DNA of 60,699 bases, counting the filler, from Candidatus Woesearchaeota archaeon (GTDB lineage Archaea > Nanobdellota > Nanobdellia > Woesearchaeales > ARS49), in NCBI GenBank assembly GCA_016188265.1. It is 4 parts of 4 records of this genome, joined end to end, with 100 filler letters (N's around TTAATTAATTAA, not from the genome) between each part and the next. Parts side by side here need not be neighbours in the genome. Positions count along the whole stretch, not along the records: positions 1 to 13,331 come from JACPID010000025.1; positions 13,432 to 24,536 come from JACPID010000011.1; 2 more parts are not named here. One strand, written 5' to 3'. The position numbers and the translations under genes were made by a program. This document shows positions 8,476-19,167 of this stretch, piece by piece (position 1 is the stretch's first letter; every line of letters begins with the position of its first letter). The notes beneath the pieces are model-generated. The model was not told where the DNA came from and did not search any database. It saw only the letters and a program-made list of their open reading frames with translations.

Positions 8476-10536
8476 TTAACTAAACACTCTGCTGGTGTGA
8501 TCTTTATGGACTTTTATAACATGGTCTACAAAGCTTTCTACTTTGCTTTCATGGCTTACCATTATTAATTGTTGCATATTAAGTTCTTGCAATACATCTC
8601 TTAATTTATCTAATTGTTGAGAACTAAATCCATCAGTTGGTTCATCAAGTATTAATAGTTTTTTTGTTTGGATTGTATTTAACAAATCATTTATTACTGT
8701 ATTCAATGCAAGTCTGTAAGCAAGTGCGCAGGCTGTTCTTTCACCGCCACTTAAACTATTAACTTCTGTTTCATGGCCATTTTGTTCAATAATTGGCGTA
8801 AAAACATCATCAAGCCTTGCGGTCATGTATTCATCATCTACAAGCATACTGAACCATTTTTGAAATACTTCATTAAATGTTAAATGAATTGTTGCCATCA
8901 TATGTTTTTCCACAGTTTCAATTAAAGGAATGAAATGATTTTGCATCCAGTGCGAAAGATGCTGGTATTGTTCCAGTTTTTTTCTAAAAATCTTCTTTTT
9001 TTCAAGTTCTTCTTCTATGATTTTTAGTTGTTGCTGGTATGTTTTAACTTGTCCTTGAGCTTTTGTTGATTGAACAAGAATGTTTTGATAATTATTTTGC
9101 GCATCATCAACTTTTTGTTTTTGTTCTCTGTATTGTTTTTCTAAATTTTCGCTTTCTTTAATTATTAATTCTAAAGCAGTTTTGTTTTTTTCCAGAGAAA
9201 TTATTTGTTCTTGTAAATCTTTTTCTTGTTGTTGTAATTGTTTTAGTCTTTCTTCACTTTCAAAAAGATGTTTTTGTTTTAACTCATACACCATCAATGT
9301 TTGTAATGAATTTTGTGCTTGTTTTTGCTGTTGTTGCAAAAGTTCTCTTTCACTTTTTAATACATTGGCTTTTTCATTGGACTGATGTATTAATTTATTG
9401 CACTGGCCTATATTTTGTTGTTCTTTTTGCTGAATGTTTATTTTATGTTCATGAGGAACATTTTGTAAACATAAAGGGCATAGACTTAATGATTCAAGCT
9501 TTTTCAGAACTGCATTAGACTGTTCTTGCAGTGTTGCTTGTGTTGCCCTAATTTGCAATTGTTCATGAATTAAGCTGTATTTTTCTTGAATATGGTTTTC
9601 TAAATCAGTTATTTTTTGCTGTATTGCTTCTTTTGATTCTAAAGGTTTTGTAATGTCAGTTGTTAATTGCTCTGAAATTTTTTTAATGCGTTCTTTTTCT
9701 TGTTGTAAATTTTTTTGCTGTTCTTTTTTAGAAGAAATAAATGCAGTAATTGCGCTATATTCTTGTTTTTTTTCATGAAGTGATTTGATGAGTAATTCAT
9801 ATTTTTGCACTTCTTTTTTTTGCGCTTCTAACACTTGTTGCATTTTTTGAAGCTCAGGAATAATCAAAGCATAATTTTCTTGGGCTTCTTTAAGCAGTTT
9901 ATTTGTTGCTTCTTGCTGCTGTTTTTTTTCTTGTTCATTTTGAAGCATGCCTTCTAATATTTTTTGTTGCTCTTTCACCCACCTCAGCATTATTAATGAA
10001 TTATCTTGTATGTGCTTGTATTTTTCTAAATCAAATACTTTTCTTAAAATCATTATTCTTGTTTCTGCATCTTCATAAATTATTCTTTTCATTTCTTCCT
10101 GAGGTGTGTATACTGTATACCTGTAAATCAAATTCTTATTTTTTGTAAGAAGATTTTTAGGATAGCCTAACAAGTCTATGATTTGTGTTTTTAGTTCAGT
10201 GGCTGTTGCATGCTGTTTTAATCCATGAACAACAAGACTGCCTTCATCTTGCTCTATTCTGTTTTTAATTCTTTTAAGTGTGCGATGAATTATGTATTCT
10301 TTTTGATTTATTTCAAAAGCAAGTTTAACGCTGCCTTTTTGAGCTCCATGCCTTAATAGCATGCTTCCTGAAAGTTCTCCTCTTAACAATCCGAACAATG
10401 CAAATTCAACAGCATAAAGAAGTGTGGATTTTCCTGCACCTATATCTCCGCTTAATAAAACACTGCCTTTAGGAAAGCATAGAGTTGCTTTTTCATAACT
10501 TCTAATATTCTCTAGCTCAACAAAAATTATACGCAT
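8476..10536 (-). CDS. rad50: Rad50/SbcC-like SMC ATPase
   Basis: Walker A GDIGAGKST, coiled coil, CPLC zinc hook, LSGGE signature, ILDEPT Walker B. Confidence 0.88.
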   Translation of the reverse strand: MRIIFVELENIRSYEKATLCFPKGSVLLSGDIGAGKSTLLYAVEFALFGLLRGELSGSMLLRHGAQKGSVKLAFEINQKEYIIHRTLKRIKNRIEQDEGSLVVHGLKQHATATELKTQIIDLLGYPKNLLTKNKNLIYRYTVYTPQEEMKRIIYEDAETRIMILRKVFDLEKYKHIQDNSLIMLRWVKEQQKILEGMLQNEQEKKQQQEATNKLLKEAQENYALIIPELQKMQQVLEAQKKEVQKYELLIKSLHEKKQEYSAITAFISSKKEQQKNLQQEKERIKKISEQLTTDITKPLESKEAIQQKITDLENHIQEKYSLIHEQLQIRATQATLQEQSNAVLKKLESLSLCPLCLQNVPHEHKINIQQKEQQNIGQCNKLIHQSNEKANVLKSERELLQQQQKQAQNSLQTLMVYELKQKHLFESEERLKQLQQQEKDLQEQIISLEKNKTALELIIKESENLEKQYREQKQKVDDAQNNYQNILVQSTKAQGQVKTYQQQLKIIEEELEKKKIFRKKLEQYQHLSHWMQNHFIPLIETVEKHMMATIHLTFNEVFQKWFSMLVDDEYMTARLDDVFTPIIEQNGHETEVNSLSGGERTACALAYRLALNTVINDLLNTIQTKKLLILDEPTDGFSSQQLDKLRDVLQELNMQQLIMVSHESKVESFVDHVIKVHKDHTSRVFS

Positions 10537-10623
10537 AAAATTAGCAGAAGAAGAGCTTGTTTTTTAATATCATTGTGCTTTAACAAAGAAAAGTTTAAAT
10601 ACTGAAAAACATGCAGAAGTACT

Positions 10624-10884
10624 ATGCAAAAAAAATGGGTGATAAGCGGAGCAATAGCTCTTGTAGTATTAGCAATTGTATTAGCAGCTTATTCTGGTTC
10701 TAGTTACAGAAGCGATGAATGCCAGAAAGCCAACAGAATGTGCCAGTACAGCTGCCACACATTTTCAAAAAATATCAATGAAGCAAGATCATGCTCTCTA
10801 GATTGTTTTGCATTGTATGCAGCTTGTGAGAAAGATAGGCAAAGCACTTGGAAATCTTTTAATTTCAAGCCTACTTGGCCGTAA
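10624..10884 (+). CDS. small secreted Cys-rich protein
   Basis: N-terminal hydrophobic helix, six Cys. Confidence 0.6.
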   Translation: MQKKWVISGAIALVVLAIVLAAYSGSSYRSDECQKANRMCQYSCHTFSKNINEARSCSLDCFALYAACEKDRQSTWKSFNFKPTWP

Positions 10885-10900
10885 AGAGCTTTGATGCAAT

Positions 10901-11428
10901 TTATATTATAGCTTTTAACAAGTCTGCTTTTGTTATTATTCCTTTTAATTCTCCTTGTTCTTGGACTAGGACGCATGAGTAATGTTTTAGTATGCTTTTT
11001 ATTGCGCTTAATCTTGTAGTTGGTGTTATTATAGGAGGCGTAGCTTCTATTACTTCTTGAAGTGTTTTTGCATTCTCTGTTTTAAGCAAGCTGGATTCAG
11101 TAATTAATCCAGTTATTATTTTTTGTTTTAGTACTGGAATTTGGCTTATTGATTTTTGCCTCATTAAAGAAATAACTTCTTTAATACTTGCTGTAGAAGA
11201 AATTGTTACTACTGATTCAGCCATTACTTGCTTAGCTATTAGTTCTTCATGTTTTTGTAATCTTTCTAATGATTCAAATATTTTGCAGACTTTAGAATAA
11301 GTTGGGTCTATGCTGCTGCTTTCTATTTTTGCAATTATTGATTGGGAAACTCCTGCTTTTTTAGCAAGACTATGCTGTGTTATTCCAAGGACTTTTCTTA
11401 GTTGCTTTATTTGGCCTAAATCAAACAT
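10901..11428 (-). CDS. XRE-HTH + CBS-domain transcriptional regulator
   Basis: LRKVLGITQHSLAKKAGVSQSIIAKIE; CBS pair ending GIITKADLL. Confidence 0.9.
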   Translation of the reverse strand: MFDLGQIKQLRKVLGITQHSLAKKAGVSQSIIAKIESSSIDPTYSKVCKIFESLERLQKHEELIAKQVMAESVVTISSTASIKEVISLMRQKSISQIPVLKQKIITGLITESSLLKTENAKTLQEVIEATPPIITPTTRLSAIKSILKHYSCVLVQEQGELKGIITKADLLKAII

Positions 11429-11510
11429 GATTCTTTAAAGAATAAAAGTAATATATAAATATTATGATCTGAATTGAAGTTTTATAAAATATTAATCAAA
11501 ACTATTAATT

Positions 11511-11549
11511 ATGCCAATAATTGTTGGCCATAGAGGTGCTAAAATATGA
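11511..11549 (+). pseudogene. 12-aa remnant resembling glycerophosphodiester phosphodiesterase N-terminus (MPIIVGHRGAKI)
   Basis: GHRGA motif; TTTTATAA upstream; TGA overlaps ATG of next gene. Confidence 0.45.
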
Positions 11550-12796
11550 TTAAAAAAGAATTGGTGTTGTTTTTATTTTGTTTTATAATTTACGCTATTT
11601 TAACTAAATCAAGTATTGGCAGTTGGAATGATGCTTCAAGATTTGCAACAATTAAGTCATTGGTAGAAGAGCATAGTTTTATTATTGATAATGCATTAGA
11701 AACTATTCCAACAGGCGATAAAGCATTTATTAATGGACATTTTTATTCTGATAAACCACCTGTTTTCAGTATAATGGCTGCATTGCCTTATTTTCTTTTA
11801 AATTTGTTTGGAGCTGAATTTTCAAGCTTTATTGTTTATATAACAAACTTATTTGTTATTGGATTAAGCAGTGTTATAACTTTAGTATTTATTTACAAAT
11901 CTTGCAGTTTATTTAATTTAGAATATAAACACAAAATATCAATTGTATTAATCACTGGATTTGCAACACTGCTGTTTCCTTATTCTTTGACTCTGAACAA
12001 TCATGCATTTGCTGCAATGCTATTAACTGTTTCTTTTTATTTGCTGATAAAAATGCAAGTGCATCAATCATTTATTAGGGATTTTTTTATTTTAGGTTTT
12101 TGTCTTGGGCTTGCAACAACTGTTGACCTTGTAAGTGGTGGTATTTTCATAGCAGTAATATCAATATATTTTGCTTTGACGAAAATAAGCATTAATAAAA
12201 AAATAATTTATTTACTAGGAATATTTTTACCATTGTTTATTCACTTGATTTTGAATATTTCTATAACTGGAGATTTAAAACCAGTTCATTTACACGAGGA
12301 ATACTTCCAATATAGTGGAGCTCAACTTACAACAACGGGATTAAGCGGCATTAGTACAACAAAAAATCTGTTTTATTTATTTTGGTACACTTTTCATTTA
12401 TTATTTGGTTTAAGAGGATTATTTTTGTATTCGCCCATATTATTATTTGCAGTGTATTATTTGTTAAAACAAATTAAGAATACAGGCTCAAAAATAATAA
12501 ATCCTTCAAAAATAATTTTAATTTGCATAACATTGATAATTGCTTATTATGCGTTATTTACTAAAAACCTCAGCGGTATAAATTATGGCGTAAGATGGTT
12601 TGTTAGTTTTACTCCGATATTATCATTTTACAACAGTTTCTTTTTTTTACAAGTTAAAGCAAGAAAAATATTTTACTTATTAACCGGCATATCATTGATA
12701 ATTGCTTTAATAGGTGTTTATGATCCTTGGTCTGCAATGATGTCTGTAAGAAATTTTCCAATAGCTGAAAACTTAAAAAACATAATAAGTTTTTGA
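11546..12796 (+). CDS. multi-pass membrane protein, probable GT-C fold glycosyltransferase
   Basis: WNDASR, FYSDKPP, RGLFLYSP, YGVRW motifs; about 10 TM segments. Confidence 0.65.
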   Translation: MIKKELVLFLFCFIIYAILTKSSIGSWNDASRFATIKSLVEEHSFIIDNALETIPTGDKAFINGHFYSDKPPVFSIMAALPYFLLNLFGAEFSSFIVYITNLFVIGLSSVITLVFIYKSCSLFNLEYKHKISIVLITGFATLLFPYSLTLNNHAFAAMLLTVSFYLLIKMQVHQSFIRDFFILGFCLGLATTVDLVSGGIFIAVISIYFALTKISINKKIIYLLGIFLPLFIHLILNISITGDLKPVHLHEEYFQYSGAQLTTTGLSGISTTKNLFYLFWYTFHLLFGLRGLFLYSPILLFAVYYLLKQIKNTGSKIINPSKIILICITLIIAYYALFTKNLSGINYGVRWFVSFTPILSFYNSFFFLQVKARKIFYLLTGISLIIALIGVYDPWSAMMSVRNFPIAENLKNIISF

Positions 12797-13331
12797 CCTA
12801 AGCTCTTTGCATAGAAAATATGTTTGACGTAACAATCATAAATCCATAAGTAATTTTTTATCTCCAAAGCTTAATTTTCTAACTTTTTTAGTGTGTGCTT
12901 TTCCTGCATCATAATTAATTCCTACGCAGAGCGTTCCATTTTTGTCAGTGTTTGGAAAGAAAAAAGGATTATAAAAAGGGTGAACATTCTCATTATCATA
13001 AATAATCCTTCCAGTTTCAGTAACTATTGACATTATTGCATCTGGAGAGCCCAAAAATGGAATTCCTGTAATGGACTTGTACTTTTTCCCTGCCCACTTT
13101 TCCCAACTAGATATTTCAATATTAAAATAAGGATTTACTTCAACCAAAGTACCGGTAATTGATTCTTGTTTATTAAATTGATCAACAAAAGTTACTGTTA
13201 CACCTTCACCAAGATGCAGGAAAAGCACACACTAAAAAAGTTAGAAAATTAAGCTTTGGAGATAAAAAATTACTTATGGATTTATGATTGTTACGTCAAA
13301 CATATTTTCTATGCAAAGAGCTTAGGTCAAA
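12792..13331. repeat. perfect 119-bp inverted duplication at contig end (12792-12910 / 13213-13331), probable chimera artefact
   Basis: Exact reverse complement ending at the contig break. Confidence 0.85.
12836..13212 (-). CDS. hypothetical protein, 5'-truncated by the inversion
   Basis: Open frame; apparent start lies in the inverted copy. Confidence 0.55.
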
Positions 13332-13431
13332 NNNNNNNNNNNNNNNNNNNNNNNNNNNNNNNNNNNNNNNNNNNNTTAATTAATTAANNNNNNNNNNNNN
13401 NNNNNNNNNNNNNNNNNNNNNNNNNNNNNNN
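13332..13431. other. artificial contig spacer
   Basis: Ns flanking TTAATTAATTAA six-frame stop linker. Confidence 0.98.
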
Positions 13432-14671
13432 CAGGAGCTCCTGCTCCGGCAACAATTAATTTGTTTTTTAGTGATGCTGCAACATCTCCAATTGCATCAG
13501 TCATTGCTCTTTTTGCTTCGTCTACAATATGTGTTGTTCCTCCTTTTACAAGGATTGTTACTGATTTTGGATTTTTGCATCCCACTACAAAGGTCATTTC
13601 TTCATTGCCTACTCTTTGTTCAAAAACTTCTCCTGCATGTCCTAGATCTTTTGCTGATAAGTCCACAAGATTTGTTATAATTACTGCTCCTGTTGAGCGC
13701 GCAATTGCTTCCATATCGCTTTTTTTCACTCTGCGTGCTGCATAAATTCCTTTTTTTGCAAGAAAGTGTTGAGCTATATCATCAATTCCTTTTTGGCAGA
13801 ATACTGTATTTGCTCCGCTTTTAACAACTTTTTCAACCATTTCGCGGAGCATGTTTTCTTCTTGATCAACAAATGCTTTTATTTGTGTTGGATCTGTAAT
13901 TTGTATTTTTGCATCTATTTCTGTATCTTTAAGTTCTAAAGCGCAATCAATGAGTGCTATTTTTGCATCTTTTACGTGTTTAGGCATTCCTGGATGAACT
14001 GCTTCTTTTTCAATAACTACTCCTTCTATTAGTTCAGTGTCCTCTACACTTCCGCCTACTTTTTTTTCAAGTTTAATATGTTCTTTGTCAAAACTGACTC
14101 CATGCTCGTTTTCTTCCAGAACCCTTTTTACAGCTTTAACTGCTATTTCTGCAAGTTTTCCTTTGCATGATTCAGCTCCTTTTCCAGTTATTGCTGTTTC
14201 TGCAATTTTTTTTAGTAATGATTCATCCTTTGTACTTACAGGTTCTGCTATTTGCCTGAGTATTTCTTGTGCTTTTTCTGCAGCTATACGGTATCCTTTT
14301 ACTATTACTGTTGGATGTATTTCTTTATCAAGAAGATCTTCTGAATTTTTTAATAATTCTCCTGCTATTATTACTGCTGTTGTTGTTCCATCACCAACTT
14401 CTTCTTCTTGTGTTTTTGCAACTTCAACAATCATTTTTGCAGCAGGATGCTCTATTTGCATTTGTTCTAGAATTGTAACTCCGTCATTTGTAACAGTTAT
14501 ATCTCCTAAAGAATCAACAATCATTTTGTCCATGCCTTTTGGGCCTAAGGTTGTACGTACTGTTTCTGCAACTAATTTTGCAGCTAGGATATTATTGCGC
14601 TGCGCATTTTTTCCAGTTGTTCTTTGAGTTCCTTCAGGTAAGATAAAGATAGGTTGCACTTGATTTGCCAT
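13432..14671 (-). CDS. ths: thermosome subunit (group II chaperonin), 3'-truncated at contig end
   Basis: [28 protein letters not shown]. Confidence 0.97.
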
Positions 14672-14828
14672 TATACATCTCCCTCCAATTTATGCTTAGA
14701 AAGTAGTTCTAAAGATAAATCGTACATATTTAAGCTTTACGAAAAAAAAGTCTAAGTAAATATTATTATGCATGATTAACAGTGCAGTAATAATAACATT
14801 TTTAAACCAATAGTTATTTTCTTCTGTC

Positions 14829-15146
14829 ATGAAAGTGCCTAAGATTAGAAATACATTTTGTAAAACTTGTAAAAAGCATACTGAGCATAAAGTTGCTGAG
14901 TCAAAGAAAAAAACGCCTTTTACTGCTCACCCTATGGGGTATGGTAATAAAAAAACTCGTGCTAAATTAAGAGGTGTTAGAGGTCATGGTAATCTTGGCA
15001 GGTATTCAAAGCCCCCTATTAATAAATGGAAACTTGCAGGTAAAAAACAATCTAAAAAAACAGATTTTAGATTAACCTGTAAAGTTTGTAATAAATCAAG
15101 CACTCAGCGCATGGGTATTCGTGCAAAGAAGGTTGAGTTTGTATGA
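14829..15146 (+). CDS. rpl44e: 50S ribosomal protein L44e
   Basis: MKVPK..FCKTCKKHTEHKV, C-terminal CKVC; conserved operon. Confidence 0.95.
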   Translation: MKVPKIRNTFCKTCKKHTEHKVAESKKKTPFTAHPMGYGNKKTRAKLRGVRGHGNLGRYSKPPINKWKLAGKKQSKKTDFRLTCKVCNKSSTQRMGIRAKKVEFV

Positions 15147-15337
15147 AACCAAAACTAGTAGCAAAAGAAACAAGTGCAAAATTTGTAAAGATTCGCTGTC
15201 CTAAATGTAAGAATGAACAAATAATGTTTGGCAAGGCTTCTACTATAGTTTCATGTTTAGTGTGCAATAAAAATCTTGCTGAACCAACTGGTGGAAAAAG
15301 TAGAATTAAAGCACGGGTTCTTGAAATACTTGAATAA
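15143..15337 (+). CDS. rps27e: 30S ribosomal protein S27e
   Basis: FVKIRCPKCKNEQ..CLVC..LAEPTGGK. Confidence 0.96.
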   Translation: MKPKLVAKETSAKFVKIRCPKCKNEQIMFGKASTIVSCLVCNKNLAEPTGGKSRIKARVLEILE

Positions 15338-16113
15338 TGCTTCTTAAAAAACAAGGTTTACCGCAAGAGGATGAATTAGTTTTGTGTACAGTTACAGCTA
15401 TTCAGTATCATTCTGTTTTTATTACTTTAGATGAATATAATAATAGAACTGGAATGATTCATATAAGTGAGATTGCTCCTGGCCGTATTCGTAACATTCA
15501 TGATTTTGTTAAAGAAGGAAAAAAGGTAGTATGTTTAGTTCTTCGTATTAACAAAGAAAAAGGGCATATTGATCTTTCGCTTCGCAGAGTTAATGAATCT
15601 CAAAAACGTGAAAAACTCAATCAGATTAAACAAGAACAATTAGCAGAAAGCATAATACAAAATGTAGCAAGACAGCTGAAGATTGATACTATTAGGTTGT
15701 ATGATGATTTATCAAAAAAATTATTGCAAGAACATGCAGGATTGTATGATGTGTTTGAATCTGTATCTGTTGATGAGGTTTCTTTAGAAAAAAAAGGCGT
15801 TGATAAAAAGATTGCAAAAATCCTTACTGAAGTTATCATTCAGCGTATTAAGCCAACTCAAGTGCAAATTGGAGGTGTTTTTAACTTATCTACATATGCT
15901 TCTAATGGTGTTGATTTGATTTGTTCTATTTTAAAAAATGCACAAACTCCTGAAACAAAAATATTATACACAGGAGCAGGGCTTTATAATCTTACTATTA
16001 TTTCCAACGATTACAAAAAGGCTGAATCATGTTTAAAAAAAATTGTTGATTCAACACTTGATGCAGCAAAAAAACTTCACGTAAAAGCAGAGTTTAAAAA
16101 ACAAGAAATATGA
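15337..16113 (+). CDS. eif2a: translation initiation factor aIF-2 alpha
   Basis: S1 domain GMIHISEI, GHIDLSLRRV; operon context. Confidence 0.95.
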   Translation: MLLKKQGLPQEDELVLCTVTAIQYHSVFITLDEYNNRTGMIHISEIAPGRIRNIHDFVKEGKKVVCLVLRINKEKGHIDLSLRRVNESQKREKLNQIKQEQLAESIIQNVARQLKIDTIRLYDDLSKKLLQEHAGLYDVFESVSVDEVSLEKKGVDKKIAKILTEVIIQRIKPTQVQIGGVFNLSTYASNGVDLICSILKNAQTPETKILYTGAGLYNLTIISNDYKKAESCLKKIVDSTLDAAKKLHVKAEFKKQEI

Positions 16114-16274
16114 AACACATATTTTACTGTTCTAAATGTGATATTTTTACAATGTCTGAAAAATGTTTAACTTGTAACCAAGTAACTCAATCACAAAAAC
16201 CTGCAAGGTATGTTGCAAAAGCTATTATTGCAAAGTATCGTCAAAAAGCAAAAAAAGAACAAAACTTAATATGA
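16110..16274 (+). CDS. nop10: Nop10 (54 aa; not in ORF track)
   Basis: MKHIFYCSKCDIFTMSEKCLTC..KPARY..KYR; position between aIF2alpha and PAC2. Confidence 0.85.
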   Translation: MKHIFYCSKCDIFTMSEKCLTCNQVTQSQKPARYVAKAIIAKYRQKAKKEQNLI

Positions 16275-17047
16275 GCTGGATTATTGATTATAATACAAAA
16301 TTGTTGAAGGTAAATAAGCCTGTTTTAATAGTTGGATTGCCAGGTATTGGAAATGTTGGCAAATTCACAGTTGACTTTCTTGTAGAGGAGCTTAATGCTA
16401 AAAAATTTGCAACGCTTTTTTCTAATACAATGCCTTCTGCTGTTTTTGTTAATGAGCAGGATTTATTAGAACTTCCAACAATTTCATTATATTATGTTAA
16501 AAATAAAAAACAAGATGTGCTTTTGCTTGCAGGAGATGTTCAACCTCAAACTGAAGAATCTTGTTATGATTTCACAGAAACTATTTTAGAAGTTTTTAAA
16601 AAACTTAATGGAAGTTTAGTGATTACTCTTGGAGGGATTGGCTTAAAGGAAGTTCCTGAAAAACCGAAACTTTATTGTTCAAGCACTTCAAAAAAATTTG
16701 TTAAATCCTTCTTGTCTAAAACAAATTTAGAAACAAAGCTTTACGGGGTTGTTGGAACAATAATGGGTGTTTCAGGAGTGCTTGTTGGTATGGCTGTGAA
16801 AAAAAATATTCCTGCAATTACAATATTATCAGAAACATTTCATCACCCATTATATTTGGAGGTTAAGGGGGCGCGTGAGATGGTGAAATTGCTGAATGAA
16901 AAGTTGTCTTTAGGTGTGAATATTAAAAATTTAGATAAAGAAATATCTAATCTAGAATCAGAAACAAAACGCAAAGTAAAAGCATTGATGGAAGTTAAAA
17001 AAGAACAAACTGAATTCAAAGAAGAAAAAAGCAGATATATCGGTTAG
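16271..17047 (+). CDS. PAC2-family proteasome assembly chaperone
   Basis: GLPGIGNVGK, GDVQP, ITLGG motifs. Confidence 0.92.
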   Translation: MSWIIDYNTKLLKVNKPVLIVGLPGIGNVGKFTVDFLVEELNAKKFATLFSNTMPSAVFVNEQDLLELPTISLYYVKNKKQDVLLLAGDVQPQTEESCYDFTETILEVFKKLNGSLVITLGGIGLKEVPEKPKLYCSSTSKKFVKSFLSKTNLETKLYGVVGTIMGVSGVLVGMAVKKNIPAITILSETFHHPLYLEVKGAREMVKLLNEKLSLGVNIKNLDKEISNLESETKRKVKALMEVKKEQTEFKEEKSRYIG

Positions 17048-17063
17048 GTTATTTGTATTGTAT

Positions 17064-17678
17064 ATGCCTGAATCTATATATAGTGGAAAATATGATAAGT
17101 TAGTTCCAAGCAAAGAATTAGAAATCTGGTGCAAAATAAAGTATTTAGGCCTTTCTGGTAAATTAGTTTATGAAAAATTTGATACTGAAATTAATCATGT
17201 ATTTAAAAAAATAATTAGAAAACATAAATTGTCTATGGTTAGTTGTTGGATTGTTGATTTTCCTGAAATTGGTGGCAGGTGTTTGCAGCAATATATTGAA
17301 GTGAATGCAGGATCTTTTTTTAACAAAGGGCACTCACTTGATTTAGGCATTGCTATATTAGTTCACGAGCTGGGTCATTGCAAATTTTGGCATAATTGCA
17401 AAAAAAGTGAAGCTAATATTCCCTTAAAAGATGAAGCTTTGATTCAAATTTTCAATCAAACAAAACAATCAGGCATAATGTATACTTTTAATGATTATCA
17501 TTTTACTGGTTATGGAGGTCATGTACAAGATAATGAAAATGAATTTTATGCAAGTTCTTTTATGATTTCAGAGCTTTACTTAAAAAAGTACAAAATTATT
17601 TTTTATAATGCATTTGATATAGAACAAAAAGATTTAGCTGAAAAAATATTTGAGATAGTGCAAAAACCATTATCATAA
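17064..17678 (+). CDS. hypothetical zincin-like metallopeptidase
   Basis: LVHELGH (HExxH) and downstream ENEFYA. Confidence 0.55.
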   Translation: MPESIYSGKYDKLVPSKELEIWCKIKYLGLSGKLVYEKFDTEINHVFKKIIRKHKLSMVSCWIVDFPEIGGRCLQQYIEVNAGSFFNKGHSLDLGIAILVHELGHCKFWHNCKKSEANIPLKDEALIQIFNQTKQSGIMYTFNDYHFTGYGGHVQDNENEFYASSFMISELYLKKYKIIFYNAFDIEQKDLAEKIFEIVQKPLS

Positions 17679-19049
17679 TTTTTCTAATATTCCTTTTGCA
17701 GCTAGTATTCCGTTGCTTGCAGCTCCAACAATTCCTGAGCTTAGTCCAGCTCCGTTGCCTGCTACAAATAAGTTTTTCACATTTGTTTCAAGATAATTAG
17801 TTACTTCTACTCTGATATTCTGGAATTTCATCTCCGAAGCATAAATGAGATTTTCAGGATGGATTACATTTGGCATCTCTTTTGAAAGTCTTTCTAAAAT
17901 TGTTTTTATATTGTTGACTATTCTTGCGGGATATACTATGTTGATATCGCCAGGTGTAATCGCGCCTATGGGTATTGTTGGTTGTACACGTTCTCTGCCT
18001 GTAAAATCACTAAGTTTACTTCTTCGGTAATCTAAGAATTTTTCAAGCCGCTGAACAATTGGCTTCCAGCCACCAACTCTGAATGTTTTAATAGCAAGAT
18101 CAATTGCGTATTGTTCTGTGTCTTGTTCTGGATCAACTAGCGATATTTTGTTAAGTATTGCAAAATTAGTATTGCTTGTTTGAGCATTTTCATCTCTTAA
18201 GCCATCTCCATTGATCATTATTAATTTATGCTGCTTGTAATAAATAGCTTGTTCTGGCATATCTAAACGTATTTTTCCTTTAGGATTTGTACAAAATGTT
18301 TTTATCCTATCACCGTTTGTTGGGTTTTTCATTTTTATTTTCGGATCTCTAATTTCATGCGCAATAGGATAGTCTTCATATAACATTTCAACTCTAACTC
18401 CTACTTCAACAGGCAGTTGTTTATAATCTACATTTAATTGATCAAGTTGGTGTCTGAACCATTGCGTTCCCATTCTTCCAGGAGCTATTAGTAAATAATT
18501 ACAAGTTAAAGTATAATTATCTCCATCTTTTGAAACAAGCAATTCAAATCCGTTTTTATTTTTATTTATTTGTGTTACTTCTTCACCAAGCCTAAATTCT
18601 ATTCCGCTTTCTTCTAATTCTTTTCTCATACTATTAATCAATGCTTTACTTCTGTCAGTTCCTATATGTCTTTGTTTTGTTTCTTCAATTAATTCCAGAT
18701 CATATGGTTCTAATTTGTTTTTCCAGTACTTTATTACTTGTTCATCTAATCCTGTAACTTCAGGATTAGCTCCATGTCGAAGAATTATTTGATCAAAATA
18801 ATTAATATTCAACCATGCTTCTTCTAAGTTGATTCTTCCATCTGTAAAATCATCAAAACCAATATAAGGTGTTAAATTCATTTTGCCATCATTAATTAAT
18901 CCACCTGAAGGATATTTTGTTTTATCAAGAATACAAGTAGTAAATTTTTTTGATCTTAATTGTTCAGGAATACTGTCTTTAATATAAAATAAAACAGCTA
19001 AACCTGCAGGGCCAGAACCAATAGTTATCAAGTTATAATGATTTTTCAT
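17673..19049 (-). CDS. NAD(P)/FAD-dependent oxidoreductase
   Basis: IGSGPAG, DGKMN, HIGTD, GVRVE, TFCTNPKG, GAGLSSGIVGA. Confidence 0.88.
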   Translation of the reverse strand: MKNHYNLITIGSGPAGLAVLFYIKDSIPEQLRSKKFTTCILDKTKYPSGGLINDGKMNLTPYIGFDDFTDGRINLEEAWLNINYFDQIILRHGANPEVTGLDEQVIKYWKNKLEPYDLELIEETKQRHIGTDRSKALINSMRKELEESGIEFRLGEEVTQINKNKNGFELLVSKDGDNYTLTCNYLLIAPGRMGTQWFRHQLDQLNVDYKQLPVEVGVRVEMLYEDYPIAHEIRDPKIKMKNPTNGDRIKTFCTNPKGKIRLDMPEQAIYYKQHKLIMINGDGLRDENAQTSNTNFAILNKISLVDPEQDTEQYAIDLAIKTFRVGGWKPIVQRLEKFLDYRRSKLSDFTGRERVQPTIPIGAITPGDINIVYPARIVNNIKTILERLSKEMPNVIHPENLIYASEMKFQNIRVEVTNYLETNVKNLFVAGNGAGLSSGIVGAASNGILAAKGILEKL

Positions 19050-19167
19050 TAAAATTCACCTTTTTGACTGATTTTTATTATTACAGCAATATTTAAGTTT
19101 ATTTGTGTAATAATCTATAGTTTATTTTATAGTAATCTATAAAAACCAAGAATTTGTTTTTGAATTT

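Noticed and set aside
8476..10536. Rad50-like ATPase as part of a defence system with DUF3800
   Set aside because: Convergent orientation and ordinary Rad50 features; no evidence of linkage
12792..13331. Inverted repeat as transposon ends
   Set aside because: Arms are coding sequence of the local gene, end at the contig break, and no transposase is present
13376..13431. TTAATTAATTAA motif and ORF tails ending ..XXXLIN
   Set aside because: Artificial linker, also at 24581 and 55616; ORF ends that cross it are not real
14037..14627. Long antisense ORFs (also 5788-6093, 6448-6828, 31093-31482, 43639-43980 and similar)
   Set aside because: Shadows of well-supported genes on the other strand or frame
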